A DNA stretch of 64,000 bases from an uncultured Verrucomicrobiae bacterium (GTDB taxonomy: Bacteria > Verrucomicrobiota > Verrucomicrobiia > Chthoniobacterales > JAFAMB01), in contig CAWAIK010000001.1 of the NCBI GenBank assembly GCA_963782115.1, positions 256,001 through 320,000 of the forward strand, given 5' to 3'. The translations under genes and the position numbers were made by a program. Every line of letters starts with the position of its first letter. Positions within the stretch are counted from its first letter, which is position 1. This document shows positions 42,963 through 52,188 of the stretch, in pieces. Below the pieces are notes generated by a model. It did no database searches. It was not told where the DNA came from and saw only the letters and a list, made by a program, of their open reading frames with translations.

Positions 42963-43048
42963 GGCCAGGAGTCAGGAGTTGAAAGAAAAGATCCATTCAG
43001 ATGAGTACTGACCCCATTGGTTAGTATCTGTTTAGCGCGGTGTAGGAC

Positions 43049-43335
43049 CTCTCCCAATCGTCCTCTCGATCATGGATGTTGCTGGCTAAAGTCTTCCCGG
43101 GGAGACACCGGACGGAGGAAGCAAACCCGTGCCTCGCTCGTGCCGAAGAAATCGAGGACGAAGAACGACGACGAAGGACGAGAACGATTGGGAGAGAGGG
43201 GAGGGAATTTAGGTGGGGGACTATGTATCGAAGCTTGCTTCCTAATCGTCGTCGTGGTCGTCCTTCGTCGATCTTTGAACGTTGTCGGCAATCGGCGCGT
43301 TTCCCCGTCCATAGAAGTCGAGAACGACGATGATT
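43049..43335. repeat. Two GACGA-rich inverted-repeat pairs
   Basis: ctctcccaatcgtcctc 43049-43065 vs gagaacgattgggagag 43180-43196; aatcgtcgtcgt at about 43244 vs acgacgatgatt 43324-43335. Confidence 0.65.
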
Positions 43336-43448
43336 ACGATTTCCGAACAAGAGGACGAGTGGGGATTAAGGGGCGTTTCATTCGTTGCTGATCGAGATTT
43401 AGACAATGCAGGCCCACGTGCCTCCGATGGCTCTTAAAGACAGTGACT

Positions 43449-43560
43449 CTTTGTGATCTTTGCGATCTTCTGTTCAAAAATGACTTTTGCTTTTTTTCTG
43501 TCTTAGTGCCGGGGGAACGAAGAAAAATCATTTGCACAGAAGATCACAAAGGTCACAAAG
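43449..43560. repeat. Inverted repeat built from 9-bp units
   Basis: ctttgtgatctttgcgatcttctgttcaaa vs tttgcacagaagatcacaaaggtcacaaag. Confidence 0.75.
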
Positions 43561-43816
43561 ACAATCCTTTCGATAGAAACGGCCTACGCCTGGAGCCACA
43601 TTTAAGCCCCCGGTCAGTGCCAAAGGCCCAGTAAATCCCGAAACAGGAAACTATGCGGATGAGCATGGAAGAGTTCGGCGATCTGTTTTCCGTAGCGCGC
43701 GATGTAAGGCAAAAGGCTTTTGAGTTGCTGAGACATCGCGCTAAACACATACTTCCAATAACGTTTGAACTAGCAATACCTTCCGCGGCATCGCCGGCAT
43801 GCTGGTTCTGAATGGT

Positions 43817-43987
43817 TAATGGTGATGGCGTTGCGTTCAAAATGGGCCATCGGCAAGGCGCTTCCCGCACCAGTTTTGCGGTTGTGCCGCTCCGATTTTC
43901 CGCGGCGGTTATCAAAAACTGGTGCGGGACGTAACCGACGAGCAACGCGGCCGCCGGCCCACTTTGAACGCAACGCCATCACCATTA
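43817..43987. mobile_element. Putative MITE / long palindromic element (171 bp)
   Basis: 32-bp arms 43817-43848 and 43956-43987 with 1 mismatch; inner perfect 15-bp IR 43863-43877 / 43915-43929; TA at both ends. Confidence 0.6.
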
Positions 43988-44134
43988 TATGCGAGACGGT
44001 GCACTAATGCCCGTAGCCAGGACGTTGTAGCGCAGGCGCTTGACTACGCTGAGATTTATAAGAGGCTGGCGTCAAATTCAGATTGCGCCATCGGCGACAA
44101 GGTCAGGTTACTTTTTCGAACGGATGCAGACATC

Positions 44135-46291
44135 ATGGCAGATATCATTGAAATCGAGAACCAATATTATATTCGTGCCCAATCTTCTCTGGCAGATAAT
44201 CGGACGCGGGTGTTGATGCGCGGAGATGCATTCGCGGTCTTCGATCGTCATGGCGATTTACATCCGGTTGGTCTCAATGAGCAAGGGCTTTTTTACAAGG
44301 AAGCCAGGCATCTCTCCAAATCAGTTCTTCGCCTGGTCGAGACGGAGTTACTACTCCTCAGTTCGACCGTGAGGGATGACAACGCGTTACTGGCCGTCGA
44401 TCTAACAAATGCGGATGTAGATCTACCAAGTGGTGAGAGGCTGTTTCGCGGTGCTTTGCACATTTACCGAACAAAGTTTCTGTGGAAGAACGCCTGCCAG
44501 GAACTGGTCGAGATTCATAACTACGGTTTAGGTTCTGCAGCTTTTGAGATACTCCTCGAGTTTGCGGCGGATTTCGCCGATATATTTGAAGTGCGCGGTT
44601 ATAAGCGGGGCAAGCGCGGGCGCTTACTCGAGCCGCAGTTGGGTAAATCCAGCGTTACGCTCGCCTACGAGGGCTTAGACGGTCTTTTGCGAACGACAAA
44701 ACTGGATTGTAGTGGACCCGTTGCACGAGTGGCTGCCCACGAAATGCGGATCCCGTTAACGCTCGCATCCAGAGAAAGAACCTCCTTTACTTTAACAGCC
44801 TCGTGTACGTCCGAAGACGACACCAAGTCCCTGCCGTACAGCGTCGCTGCCGAAGATCTGAGCAGAATAGCAACGAGCTTCGGGAATTGCGACATCAACA
44901 CCTCAAACGAACAATGCAATGATTGGTTAAATCGATCAAAGGCGGATCTCCGCATGCTTACGGCGTCGACGCCTGAAGGTCCCTATCCGTACGCCGGCGT
45001 GCCCTGGTTCAGCACTGTGTTTGGTCGGGATGGCATCATCACGGCGCTTGAATGCCTATGGTTTCACCCAGAATTGGCGAAAGGAGTCCTCAACTATTTA
45101 GCTGCCACCCAAGCGATTGAGGTTGAATCGGAGAGAGATTCGGAGCCGGGCAAGATTCTCCACGAGGCGCGCGAAGGAGAAATGGCGCGAATTGGTGAAG
45201 TCCCGTTCCGGCGATATTATGGCAGTGTTGATGCCACTCCCTTGTTTTTAGTTCTGGCCGCCGCATACTTCGAACGGACAGGCGACGCCGAGTTTATGCG
45301 TTCCATCTGGCGCAATATTGGAATGGCGCTCGACTGGATCAACAATTTCGGAGACCGAGATGGCGATGGATTCGTGGAGTATGCGCGACTCTCCCCAAGT
45401 GGTTTGGTTCAGCAGGGTTGGAAGGACTCTCATGATTCGGTATTTCACGCTGACGGCCAACTCGCCGCGGGTCCTATCGCTCTCTGCGAAGTCCAGGCTT
45501 ACGTGTATGCCGCAAAACGAGGGATCGGCGCAGTAGCAGCCGCCATCGGTTACGATGAACAGGGCCAAGTGCTGGAACAGGAGGCTGAAGCGTTGCGGAC
45601 TCGATTTCAGAAGGCGTTCTGGTCTGAGGAAGTCTCTTTGTACGCTCTGGCCCTCGATAAAGAAAAGCGCCAATGCCAGGTCCGCAGCTCTAATGCGGGT
45701 CAATGTCTCTTTTCTGGAATTGCCAGCGCCGAACACGCCGAGCGAATCGCGGAGAGCTTATTGTCCGATGTATTCTTCTCGGGGTGGGGGATCCGCACGA
45801 TCGCTAGTTCAGAGGCCCGTTACAATCCGATGTCCTACCACAACGGGTCCGTCTGGCCACACGACACCGCGTTGATCGCGTACGGCTTGTCGCAAACCGC
45901 AGGAAAGGCCTTGCCGTGCAAGATTCTGACGGGACTTTTTGATGCTTCGATCTTTCTGGAATTGCATAGACTTCCAGAGCTTTTTTGCGGCTTCACGCGA
46001 AGCCCGGGAAAGGGTCCGACATTGTACCCCGTAGCATGCGCCCCGCAGGCTTGGGCCGCGGGGACGGTTTTCCTGCTGCTCCAAAGCTGCCTCGGGCTGA
46101 GTGTCCACGGCGACGAATCGAAGATCTGCTTAGCTCATCCCTGTTTACCGGAATCGATCCAGAATGTCAGAATTCATAATCTTTGCGTTGGTCCGAACTC
46201 CATTGATCTCGAGCTAGTCCGAAAGACGCACGGCGTCAGTGTAAACATCCTGCGCCGCACAGGAAACCTACACGTTTGCATGACCAGTTGA
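44135..46291 (+). CDS. Amylo-alpha-1,6-glucosidase (glycogen debranching enzyme family)
   Basis: FADIFEVRG, AGVPWF...FGRD, EPGKILHE, YYGSVDATP, QGWKDS, YHNGSVWPHD, RLPELFCG. Confidence 0.92.
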   Translation: MADIIEIENQYYIRAQSSLADNRTRVLMRGDAFAVFDRHGDLHPVGLNEQGLFYKEARHLSKSVLRLVETELLLLSSTVRDDNALLAVDLTNADVDLPSGERLFRGALHIYRTKFLWKNACQELVEIHNYGLGSAAFEILLEFAADFADIFEVRGYKRGKRGRLLEPQLGKSSVTLAYEGLDGLLRTTKLDCSGPVARVAAHEMRIPLTLASRERTSFTLTASCTSEDDTKSLPYSVAAEDLSRIATSFGNCDINTSNEQCNDWLNRSKADLRMLTASTPEGPYPYAGVPWFSTVFGRDGIITALECLWFHPELAKGVLNYLAATQAIEVESERDSEPGKILHEAREGEMARIGEVPFRRYYGSVDATPLFLVLAAAYFERTGDAEFMRSIWRNIGMALDWINNFGDRDGDGFVEYARLSPSGLVQQGWKDSHDSVFHADGQLAAGPIALCEVQAYVYAAKRGIGAVAAAIGYDEQGQVLEQEAEALRTRFQKAFWSEEVSLYALALDKEKRQCQVRSSNAGQCLFSGIASAEHAERIAESLLSDVFFSGWGIRTIASSEARYNPMSYHNGSVWPHDTALIAYGLSQTAGKALPCKILTGLFDASIFLELHRLPELFCGFTRSPGKGPTLYPVACAPQAWAAGTVFLLLQSCLGLSVHGDESKICLAHPCLPESIQNVRIHNLCVGPNSIDLELVRKTHGVSVNILRRTGNLHVCMTS

Positions 46292-46355
46292 AAGATGCGG
46301 AATTAACTCTCCATCCGCCGAACACCCCGCGTGCGAAAGATACAAGACAAGGACG

Positions 46356-47426
46356 ATGAAGATTGCCCAGATTGCCCCTCTTTATGAGAGCGTGCCCCCA
46401 AAACTTTATGGCGGCACGGAAAGAATCGTTTCCTACCTGACCGAGGAACTCGTTGCGACAAACCATGATGTTACGCTTTTCGCCAGCGCGGATTCTGTCA
46501 CCAATGCGCGACTGGTTCCTGGTTCGGAGTCCGCATTGCGGTTGAGCACCACGCCGGTTGTTGACAAGGTGGCGCACCACATTCGGTTGCTCGAACTCGT
46601 CTTTCAGGAAGCCCATCAGTTCGATGTTTTGCACTTCCACATCGACTACCTTCATTTTCCATTTACAAGGCGTCAGCCTGTGCCCGCTGTCACGACCCTC
46701 CATGGCAACCTTTCCATTCCTGATTTGGTGCCACTGTACAAGGAATTCCGGGAGATGAACGTCGTATCGATTTCAGATGCACAGCGACAACCCTTACCGT
46801 GGATCGGGTGGTGCGGCACAGTTCATCATGGTATTCCCGAAGATCTCTATCAGCTGCAGGAGAAGCGTGGTGAATACCTGGCCTTTCTGGGACGGATCTG
46901 TCCGGAAAAGCGCGTAGATCGTGCGATCGAAATTGCCAAAAGGTCTGGGCGCCAACTAAAGATTGCCGCGAAAGTGGATCCGGCTGATCGAGACTATTTC
47001 TCCGGGTATATAAAGCCTTTGTTACGCCATCCATTGGTCGAGTTCATTGGAGAAATCGGCGAAGACCGGAAAGGCGATTTTCTAGGAAACGCCCTGGCCC
47101 TGTTGTTCCCGATCGACTGGTCTGAACCATTTGGCTTAGTCTTAATTGAGGCGATGGCCTGCGGCACACCAGTCATCGCGTACAACCAAGGATCTGTTCC
47201 GGAAATCATTGAGGATGGGAAAACTGGTTTCATCGTCGACAATCAGAATGATGCAGTCGCGGCGGTCGATCGACTTGGCGTGATCGATAGAAAACGTTGC
47301 CGGCAGGAATTCGAGAAGAGATTTAGCGCGCAACGGATGGCTTCGGATTATCTTATGATCTACGAAGGCATCCGGTCCGGAGGTGAGGCCAGCGAAAAAG
47401 TGACGGCATTGCCGCAAGCGGCCTGA
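46356..47426 (+). CDS. Glycosyltransferase family 4
   Basis: VPPKLYGGTER, FLGRI.PEK, EPFGLVLIEAMACGTPV. Confidence 0.92.
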   Translation: MKIAQIAPLYESVPPKLYGGTERIVSYLTEELVATNHDVTLFASADSVTNARLVPGSESALRLSTTPVVDKVAHHIRLLELVFQEAHQFDVLHFHIDYLHFPFTRRQPVPAVTTLHGNLSIPDLVPLYKEFREMNVVSISDAQRQPLPWIGWCGTVHHGIPEDLYQLQEKRGEYLAFLGRICPEKRVDRAIEIAKRSGRQLKIAAKVDPADRDYFSGYIKPLLRHPLVEFIGEIGEDRKGDFLGNALALLFPIDWSEPFGLVLIEAMACGTPVIAYNQGSVPEIIEDGKTGFIVDNQNDAVAAVDRLGVIDRKRCRQEFEKRFSAQRMASDYLMIYEGIRSGGEASEKVTALPQAA

Positions 47427-47471
47427 GGCCCCGGAGTCATCGATTTGGTAAACCAATTGCCCCGCTCATAA

Positions 47472-48617
47472 ATGCATACGGTGCCTGCTCCGAAGTCTCT
47501 CCACGAATTGCTTAGGCGGGGCGCCGAAATTGCCCATTTTTGTGCCGAGAACGCTGCCGAGGTTGATCGAGATGGATCTTTTCCGGAAAAGGAATTTGCT
47601 AAAATTGCTTTCGAGGGACTTATCGCCGCTCCTCTGCACAGAAGCCTAGGAGGTCTCGGACTGGGATTCGAATCGCAGAGCACCAGGCATTTGCTACGGC
47701 TTTTGCGGCTCTTAGGTAAAGGCAACTTAAGCGTTGGCCGAATCTATGAGGGGCATGTCAACGGTTTGCAATTGATCCAGACGTTTGCCCACCCAGAACA
47801 GCTGGAATGGTTTGCCGGTGATGCCAGGGACCAGAGGCTTTTCGGAGTCTGGAACGCCGAAGCCGCCGATGGTCTTAAAATTCATCCCCTCGGGCACAAA
47901 AGATACGAGCTTACGGGGTCAAAGACGTTCTGTTCGGGAGCCGGTAGAGTTCCAAGACCGCTGGTGGGCGCAATCTTGCCTAATGGTAAGCTGCAACTTT
48001 GTGTCATTCCAATGGAGCAGGTGAAAACCCGAATCGATCGAAGCTGGTGGACCGCCACTGGAATGAGGGGAAGCGTTAGCGCGAAGGTAAACTTCTCTGG
48101 AGTCCTCTTGGAGGAAAATTGGTTGATCGGAAATCCAAATGACTATCAACGTGAGCCTTGGCTAACTTTGGGTGTTATCCGCTTCGCTGCGGTGCAGTTG
48201 GGTGGGGCGGAAGCGTTGGTCGAGAAGACGCGAAGCTACTTGCAAAAACTGCGGCGTACGACCGATCCTTACCAAGTCGGTCGCATGGGACAAATGAGTC
48301 TGGCGATCGAAACCGGAAGACTATGGCTCGAAAGTGCCTCGGGAAAGGTGCGCTCCTTTGCTCCCACCTTCGGAGGCGATCTGCTTATGACTCCGAAGAG
48401 CACCGTTGCCCTGACCGTTTATGCCAACATGGTTCGGACTGTCGTTGAGCAGGTTTCAATGGATGTAATCAGAGACGCTGAACGTTGCATCGGCAGTCGC
48501 GGCTTATTACCCCCGGAACCAGCAGAACGGATCATTCGTGATTTACGGCTCTATCTTAGACAACCTTGTTTTGATGCCGCGCTCGCTGACGCTGGAACGT
48601 TCAGTCTCTCGGGCTAA
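47472..48617 (+). CDS. Acyl-CoA dehydrogenase-like protein
   Basis: GRIYEGHVN, GSKTFCSG, GMRGS; C-terminal RDLRLYLRQP. Confidence 0.85.
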   Translation: MHTVPAPKSLHELLRRGAEIAHFCAENAAEVDRDGSFPEKEFAKIAFEGLIAAPLHRSLGGLGLGFESQSTRHLLRLLRLLGKGNLSVGRIYEGHVNGLQLIQTFAHPEQLEWFAGDARDQRLFGVWNAEAADGLKIHPLGHKRYELTGSKTFCSGAGRVPRPLVGAILPNGKLQLCVIPMEQVKTRIDRSWWTATGMRGSVSAKVNFSGVLLEENWLIGNPNDYQREPWLTLGVIRFAAVQLGGAEALVEKTRSYLQKLRRTTDPYQVGRMGQMSLAIETGRLWLESASGKVRSFAPTFGGDLLMTPKSTVALTVYANMVRTVVEQVSMDVIRDAERCIGSRGLLPPEPAERIIRDLRLYLRQPCFDAALADAGTFSLSG

Positions 48618-48642
48618 GCAGCTGGAGATTTGTTTTTCCATC

Positions 48643-49236
48643 ATGAATCCGAAGGCACCGAACACCCTGGGCCCTAACTATTTCCATGAGATTTACCAGG
48701 CGAACGCGGATCCCTGGCAATTTGCAACCAGTCCATACGAAAAAGAGAAATACCTTGCTTCCATTGCGGCATTGCCCCGGCAACGCTATCGTCAAGGCTT
48801 CGAGGTCGGTGGTTCGATTGGTGTGCTCACTCGGATGTTAGCGGACCGTTGCGATCGATTGCTGTCGATCGATGTCTCCCCTCTCGCTCAGCGACGTGCG
48901 CGTACACGTTGCTCGGATCAATCTCACGTTGAGTTCGTGATTATGCACTTCCCCCGCGAGAGACCTGCTCAAACTTTTGATCTGATTGTGCTCTCCGAGG
49001 TTGGCTACTATCTCTGCGAAGGAGATCTTTTAATTGCCAGAGACTGGATCGTTAGCGCTCTCCAGCCGGGAGGGCATCTTTTACTAGTGCATTGGACTCC
49101 TTTTGTGGAGGACTATCCACTTACCGGTGATGAAGTTCACGATCATTTTCTCGCGTTAACGCCTGCGCTGTTCAATCGAGCCTACCATGCGAAAAAGAAG
49201 AAGTATCGCATTGACGTCCTCGCTCGGCTTCCTTAG
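48643..49236 (+). CDS. NodS-like SAM-dependent methyltransferase
   Basis: YF..IY...DPW....YE..KY, EVGGSIG, FDLIVLSEVGYY, LVHW. Confidence 0.88.
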   Translation: MNPKAPNTLGPNYFHEIYQANADPWQFATSPYEKEKYLASIAALPRQRYRQGFEVGGSIGVLTRMLADRCDRLLSIDVSPLAQRRARTRCSDQSHVEFVIMHFPRERPAQTFDLIVLSEVGYYLCEGDLLIARDWIVSALQPGGHLLLVHWTPFVEDYPLTGDEVHDHFLALTPALFNRAYHAKKKKYRIDVLARLP

Positions 49237-49277
49237 CCGCGATGATCTTTCTGCCATTTTACGGCCGGGAAGCGATG

Positions 49278-50486
49278 CTATTCCTGCGGGAAAGATTTGT
49301 TTTCGGGACCTGGTCGAAGGTCCGACAGGCGAATGCGTAGTGCCGCAATGGCTTGTTCCAAGAACATTTTCGGCCAGGATCGCTCCCATTCACCTTCGAT
49401 CGTCTGGCGAAGACCAATTCGTTCCACTAGGCGGCCCCATGGTTGAGGTCGGTGAATTTCCTGAGACAACCAGAAAGTGGAGATTCGGAGCAAGCGCGCA
49501 GCCGCTCTAACCTGATAATCCATCAGAGGGCGCCTCGGCTGAATCTCGTGCCGTAGCGCTCGCACCATTCGGCGAGCGCGCAGTCGGATCTCGCTAGCTG
49601 AGACGTTCTCTACCAGTAGGGCAGGTGAATTTTGGTTTAAGTTATAGAACTGTTTTAATCCAGCCGAAAATCCGTGCTTCACTCTGCCATCCAGACGAGC
49701 GGATGTAGTCGCGCGAACTCCTAAACTATGGCGAAACCGTGCCCCGCTCCGCAAAATCGCCTCGTAGAGCGCGCTGTCTTCTTCCTCTCGAACCTCCGAT
49801 AACCCGCCAATCCGGGCATACGTGGCGGCTGTAACGGCCAGGCTTGCGCCATTGTGATTGGGATGGCGCGGAAACGGATCAAACGGATCAGGATCGATCA
49901 GATGTTCTAGTTCGGCGAGCAAAAAGCCGTGCGCAACCTGCCGCAGGTAAGTGCGCTCGGCGAACGGATGCAGCAGCATTCTTTCGCTTGGATCAGCCAC
50001 AATTCTTCCGCCAACCGCGTCGGCGCCCGCCTCGACTTCACGCAGAATACCAGCTAGCCAAGTGGGTTCCACAAAGGTGTCGCCATCAGTGGAAGCGATA
50101 ATTCCATTATGCCTTTTCAGTAAAAAGAGCCTTCGGCACGCTTCGTCCATCAGTAATTTGCGAGCGCATCCGACGAAACTTTTCCCGGATGAAAGCTGAA
50201 TTTCGGCCACATGCAAAGCCAATTGCGGGTGCCGGCGGCCAAACTCGCGAGCCACGGCAGCAGTGGCATCACGACAGTTATTTGCCAGCACGATGACCTC
50301 ATATCTTGAGGGACTAAATGGAACCCGCTGCAAATCAGTCTGGTTGACTAGTGCTAAGAGACACTTTTCAATCCGGGCGCTTTCATCGCGCGCAGGCAGG
50401 ACTATGCACGCTTCACATGTTTCGAGTGGGGGCTGCACAACGAGAGTCCCGCCGGGTTCAGTGATTAGCGAATGAGTGGCCAGCAT
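49278..50486 (-). CDS. Glycosyltransferase family 2
   Basis: VLPARDE, NNCRDAT, STDGD, GASLA, EED, TSARLDGR. Confidence 0.88.
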   Translation of the reverse strand: MLATHSLITEPGGTLVVQPPLETCEACIVLPARDESARIEKCLLALVNQTDLQRVPFSPSRYEVIVLANNCRDATAAVAREFGRRHPQLALHVAEIQLSSGKSFVGCARKLLMDEACRRLFLLKRHNGIIASTDGDTFVEPTWLAGILREVEAGADAVGGRIVADPSERMLLHPFAERTYLRQVAHGFLLAELEHLIDPDPFDPFPRHPNHNGASLAVTAATYARIGGLSEVREEEDSALYEAILRSGARFRHSLGVRATTSARLDGRVKHGFSAGLKQFYNLNQNSPALLVENVSASEIRLRARRMVRALRHEIQPRRPLMDYQVRAAARLLRISTFWLSQEIHRPQPWGRLVERIGLRQTIEGEWERSWPKMFLEQAIAALRIRLSDLRPGPENKSFPQE

Positions 50487-50684
50487 AAAAAGCGCTGAAA
50501 ATTTGGTCACCCTCTGTACGAATTTCCCGGTCCCCGTGGTTGCGTGCGCCAGTTCGATCGCCGCGTTTCAGCATTTTTGCAGCGTGCTTTTGGTTTGAGA
50601 GGAGAAGTCCGGAGATCCGACCGGCCGCGATCAACAGTTTACCGCTTTAAGCATTTTAAAATTGGCTAACGCTCTTTTAATTTC

Positions 50685-51482
50685 ATGCGCTCTGCGTCAG
50701 GCGATCAATTTAATTCTCAAAGCCGTGGAAACCCCATAGAACTTTCAGTTCAGCGAGAGTTCGAGCCAACCGCTGATTTGGAAAATTTCGGCGTCCCGAT
50801 TTTGATGTACCACCGGGTTGCGACGGATGGCCCCCCGGGATTGGGTCGGTTCAGAGTAGATCCGACCCTGTTTGATGAGCAGCTATCTGCCCTCAAGCAA
50901 GCCGGATTCCGGTCTATCGATCTCAATCATTGGGTTGAAGCTCTCTCCAGTTCCGAGGCGCTGCCGGGAAAGCCGCTCGTATTAACCTTTGACGACGGTT
51001 ATCGAGATTTTCTGACCGCCGCCTTGCCCGCTTTGCGAAGGTATTTTTTTGCGGCCACTGCTTTTCTGGTCGCCGACCGGATCGGAGGGGTGGCCGATTG
51101 GGATTTGCACTACGGTGAGGCTGCGCCACTGATGTCGTGGGAAGAATTACGGACAATTGGCAATGAAGGGGTTGAATTTGGTTGCCACTCTTTGATCCAC
51201 CGGCCAATGACCGAGATGAACCAGGCTGATCTGTTAACGCAGACCGGACAGGCTCGAGAGATTCTTGAGCTTGGATTGGGACGTCCGGTCCTTCACTTTG
51301 CGTACCCTTATGGTGCGGAGAACCTCTCCATACGAAACCTGGTTGCCGTTCTGGGTTTTCGAAGTGCAGTAACCTGTCGGCTCGGCATCAGCCGATCAGG
51401 AAATGATCGCCTGCGACTTCCGCGGATTGAGGTTCACGGACGTTGCAGTCCGGAAGAGTTGCTTGTTCAGCTCCGTAACTAA
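50685..51482 (+). CDS. Polysaccharide deacetylase (NodB/CE4 family)
   Basis: ILMYHRV, LTFDDGY, GCHSLIH, FAYPYG, LPRI. Confidence 0.9.
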   Translation: MRSASGDQFNSQSRGNPIELSVQREFEPTADLENFGVPILMYHRVATDGPPGLGRFRVDPTLFDEQLSALKQAGFRSIDLNHWVEALSSSEALPGKPLVLTFDDGYRDFLTAALPALRRYFFAATAFLVADRIGGVADWDLHYGEAAPLMSWEELRTIGNEGVEFGCHSLIHRPMTEMNQADLLTQTGQAREILELGLGRPVLHFAYPYGAENLSIRNLVAVLGFRSAVTCRLGISRSGNDRLRLPRIEVHGRCSPEELLVQLRN

Positions 51483-51661
51483 AGCCGTCTGTTGGCGGCC
51501 GCCGTCAGTCTGCCTATAGGTTCTATCCGGCGCCTTGGGGCGCAAGTGCCTTTGAGAAACGGGTTCCGCGGCCACCGGCAAGGTCGCATGACCTGTGACT
51601 GCATCCAAGTTCAGACCGGTCGGCGAACGTTCCTGGGAGCGCCTAAACGGAAGAAAAAAGA

Positions 51662-52060
51662 ATGCCTGATACGAGACTTAAAAGCATCAAGGTTGTGGCT
51701 GTCGATGATAACGCGGACTCTCGAGAACTTTTGAAAATTATCCTGAGACAGAGCAGTGCTCAAGCAGTCGTCGTGGGTTCGGCCCGCGAAGCGCTGGCGA
51801 CAATCAAGAACGTTCACCCTGATATTTTAATCTCCGATTTGGGAATGCCCGAAATGGACGGCTACGAACTTTTGAAGAATGTCCGGCGACTCGATCCAGA
51901 GCTGAGGCAGCTGCCGGTGATCGCTTTTACGGCTGCAACTCGCTACGAAGATCTCGCATCGACGCGACGAGCCGGTTTCCAGGCACACCTCGCCAAACCG
52001 GTCGATCCTGACAAGCTCGTAAAGACCATCATGGAGCTGGTGGGAGTGGACTTGGAGTAA
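51662..52060 (+). CDS. Stand-alone response regulator receiver protein
   Basis: VDDNAD, SDLGMPEMDG, AKP. Confidence 0.88.
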   Translation: MPDTRLKSIKVVAVDDNADSRELLKIILRQSSAQAVVVGSAREALATIKNVHPDILISDLGMPEMDGYELLKNVRRLDPELRQLPVIAFTAATRYEDLASTRRAGFQAHLAKPVDPDKLVKTIMELVGVDLE

Positions 52061-52188
52061 CAGGCCTTTGCTCGAAGGCGCGCGTGCGGGCTAATTGACC
52101 AAACCGATCAACGAAGAATTGGATTCAATTTCTCCGCAAAATCCATTCATGAAGAACCGGAACCGAACCCGCTTACGAAGGATTAACC

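Noticed and set aside
43049..43560. Possible CRISPR array
   Set aside because: Repeats are inverted and low-complexity, without regular spacers, and there are no cas genes
43922..44134. N-terminal extension of the debranching enzyme
   Set aside because: Runs through the palindromic element; ATG at 44135 fits the family better
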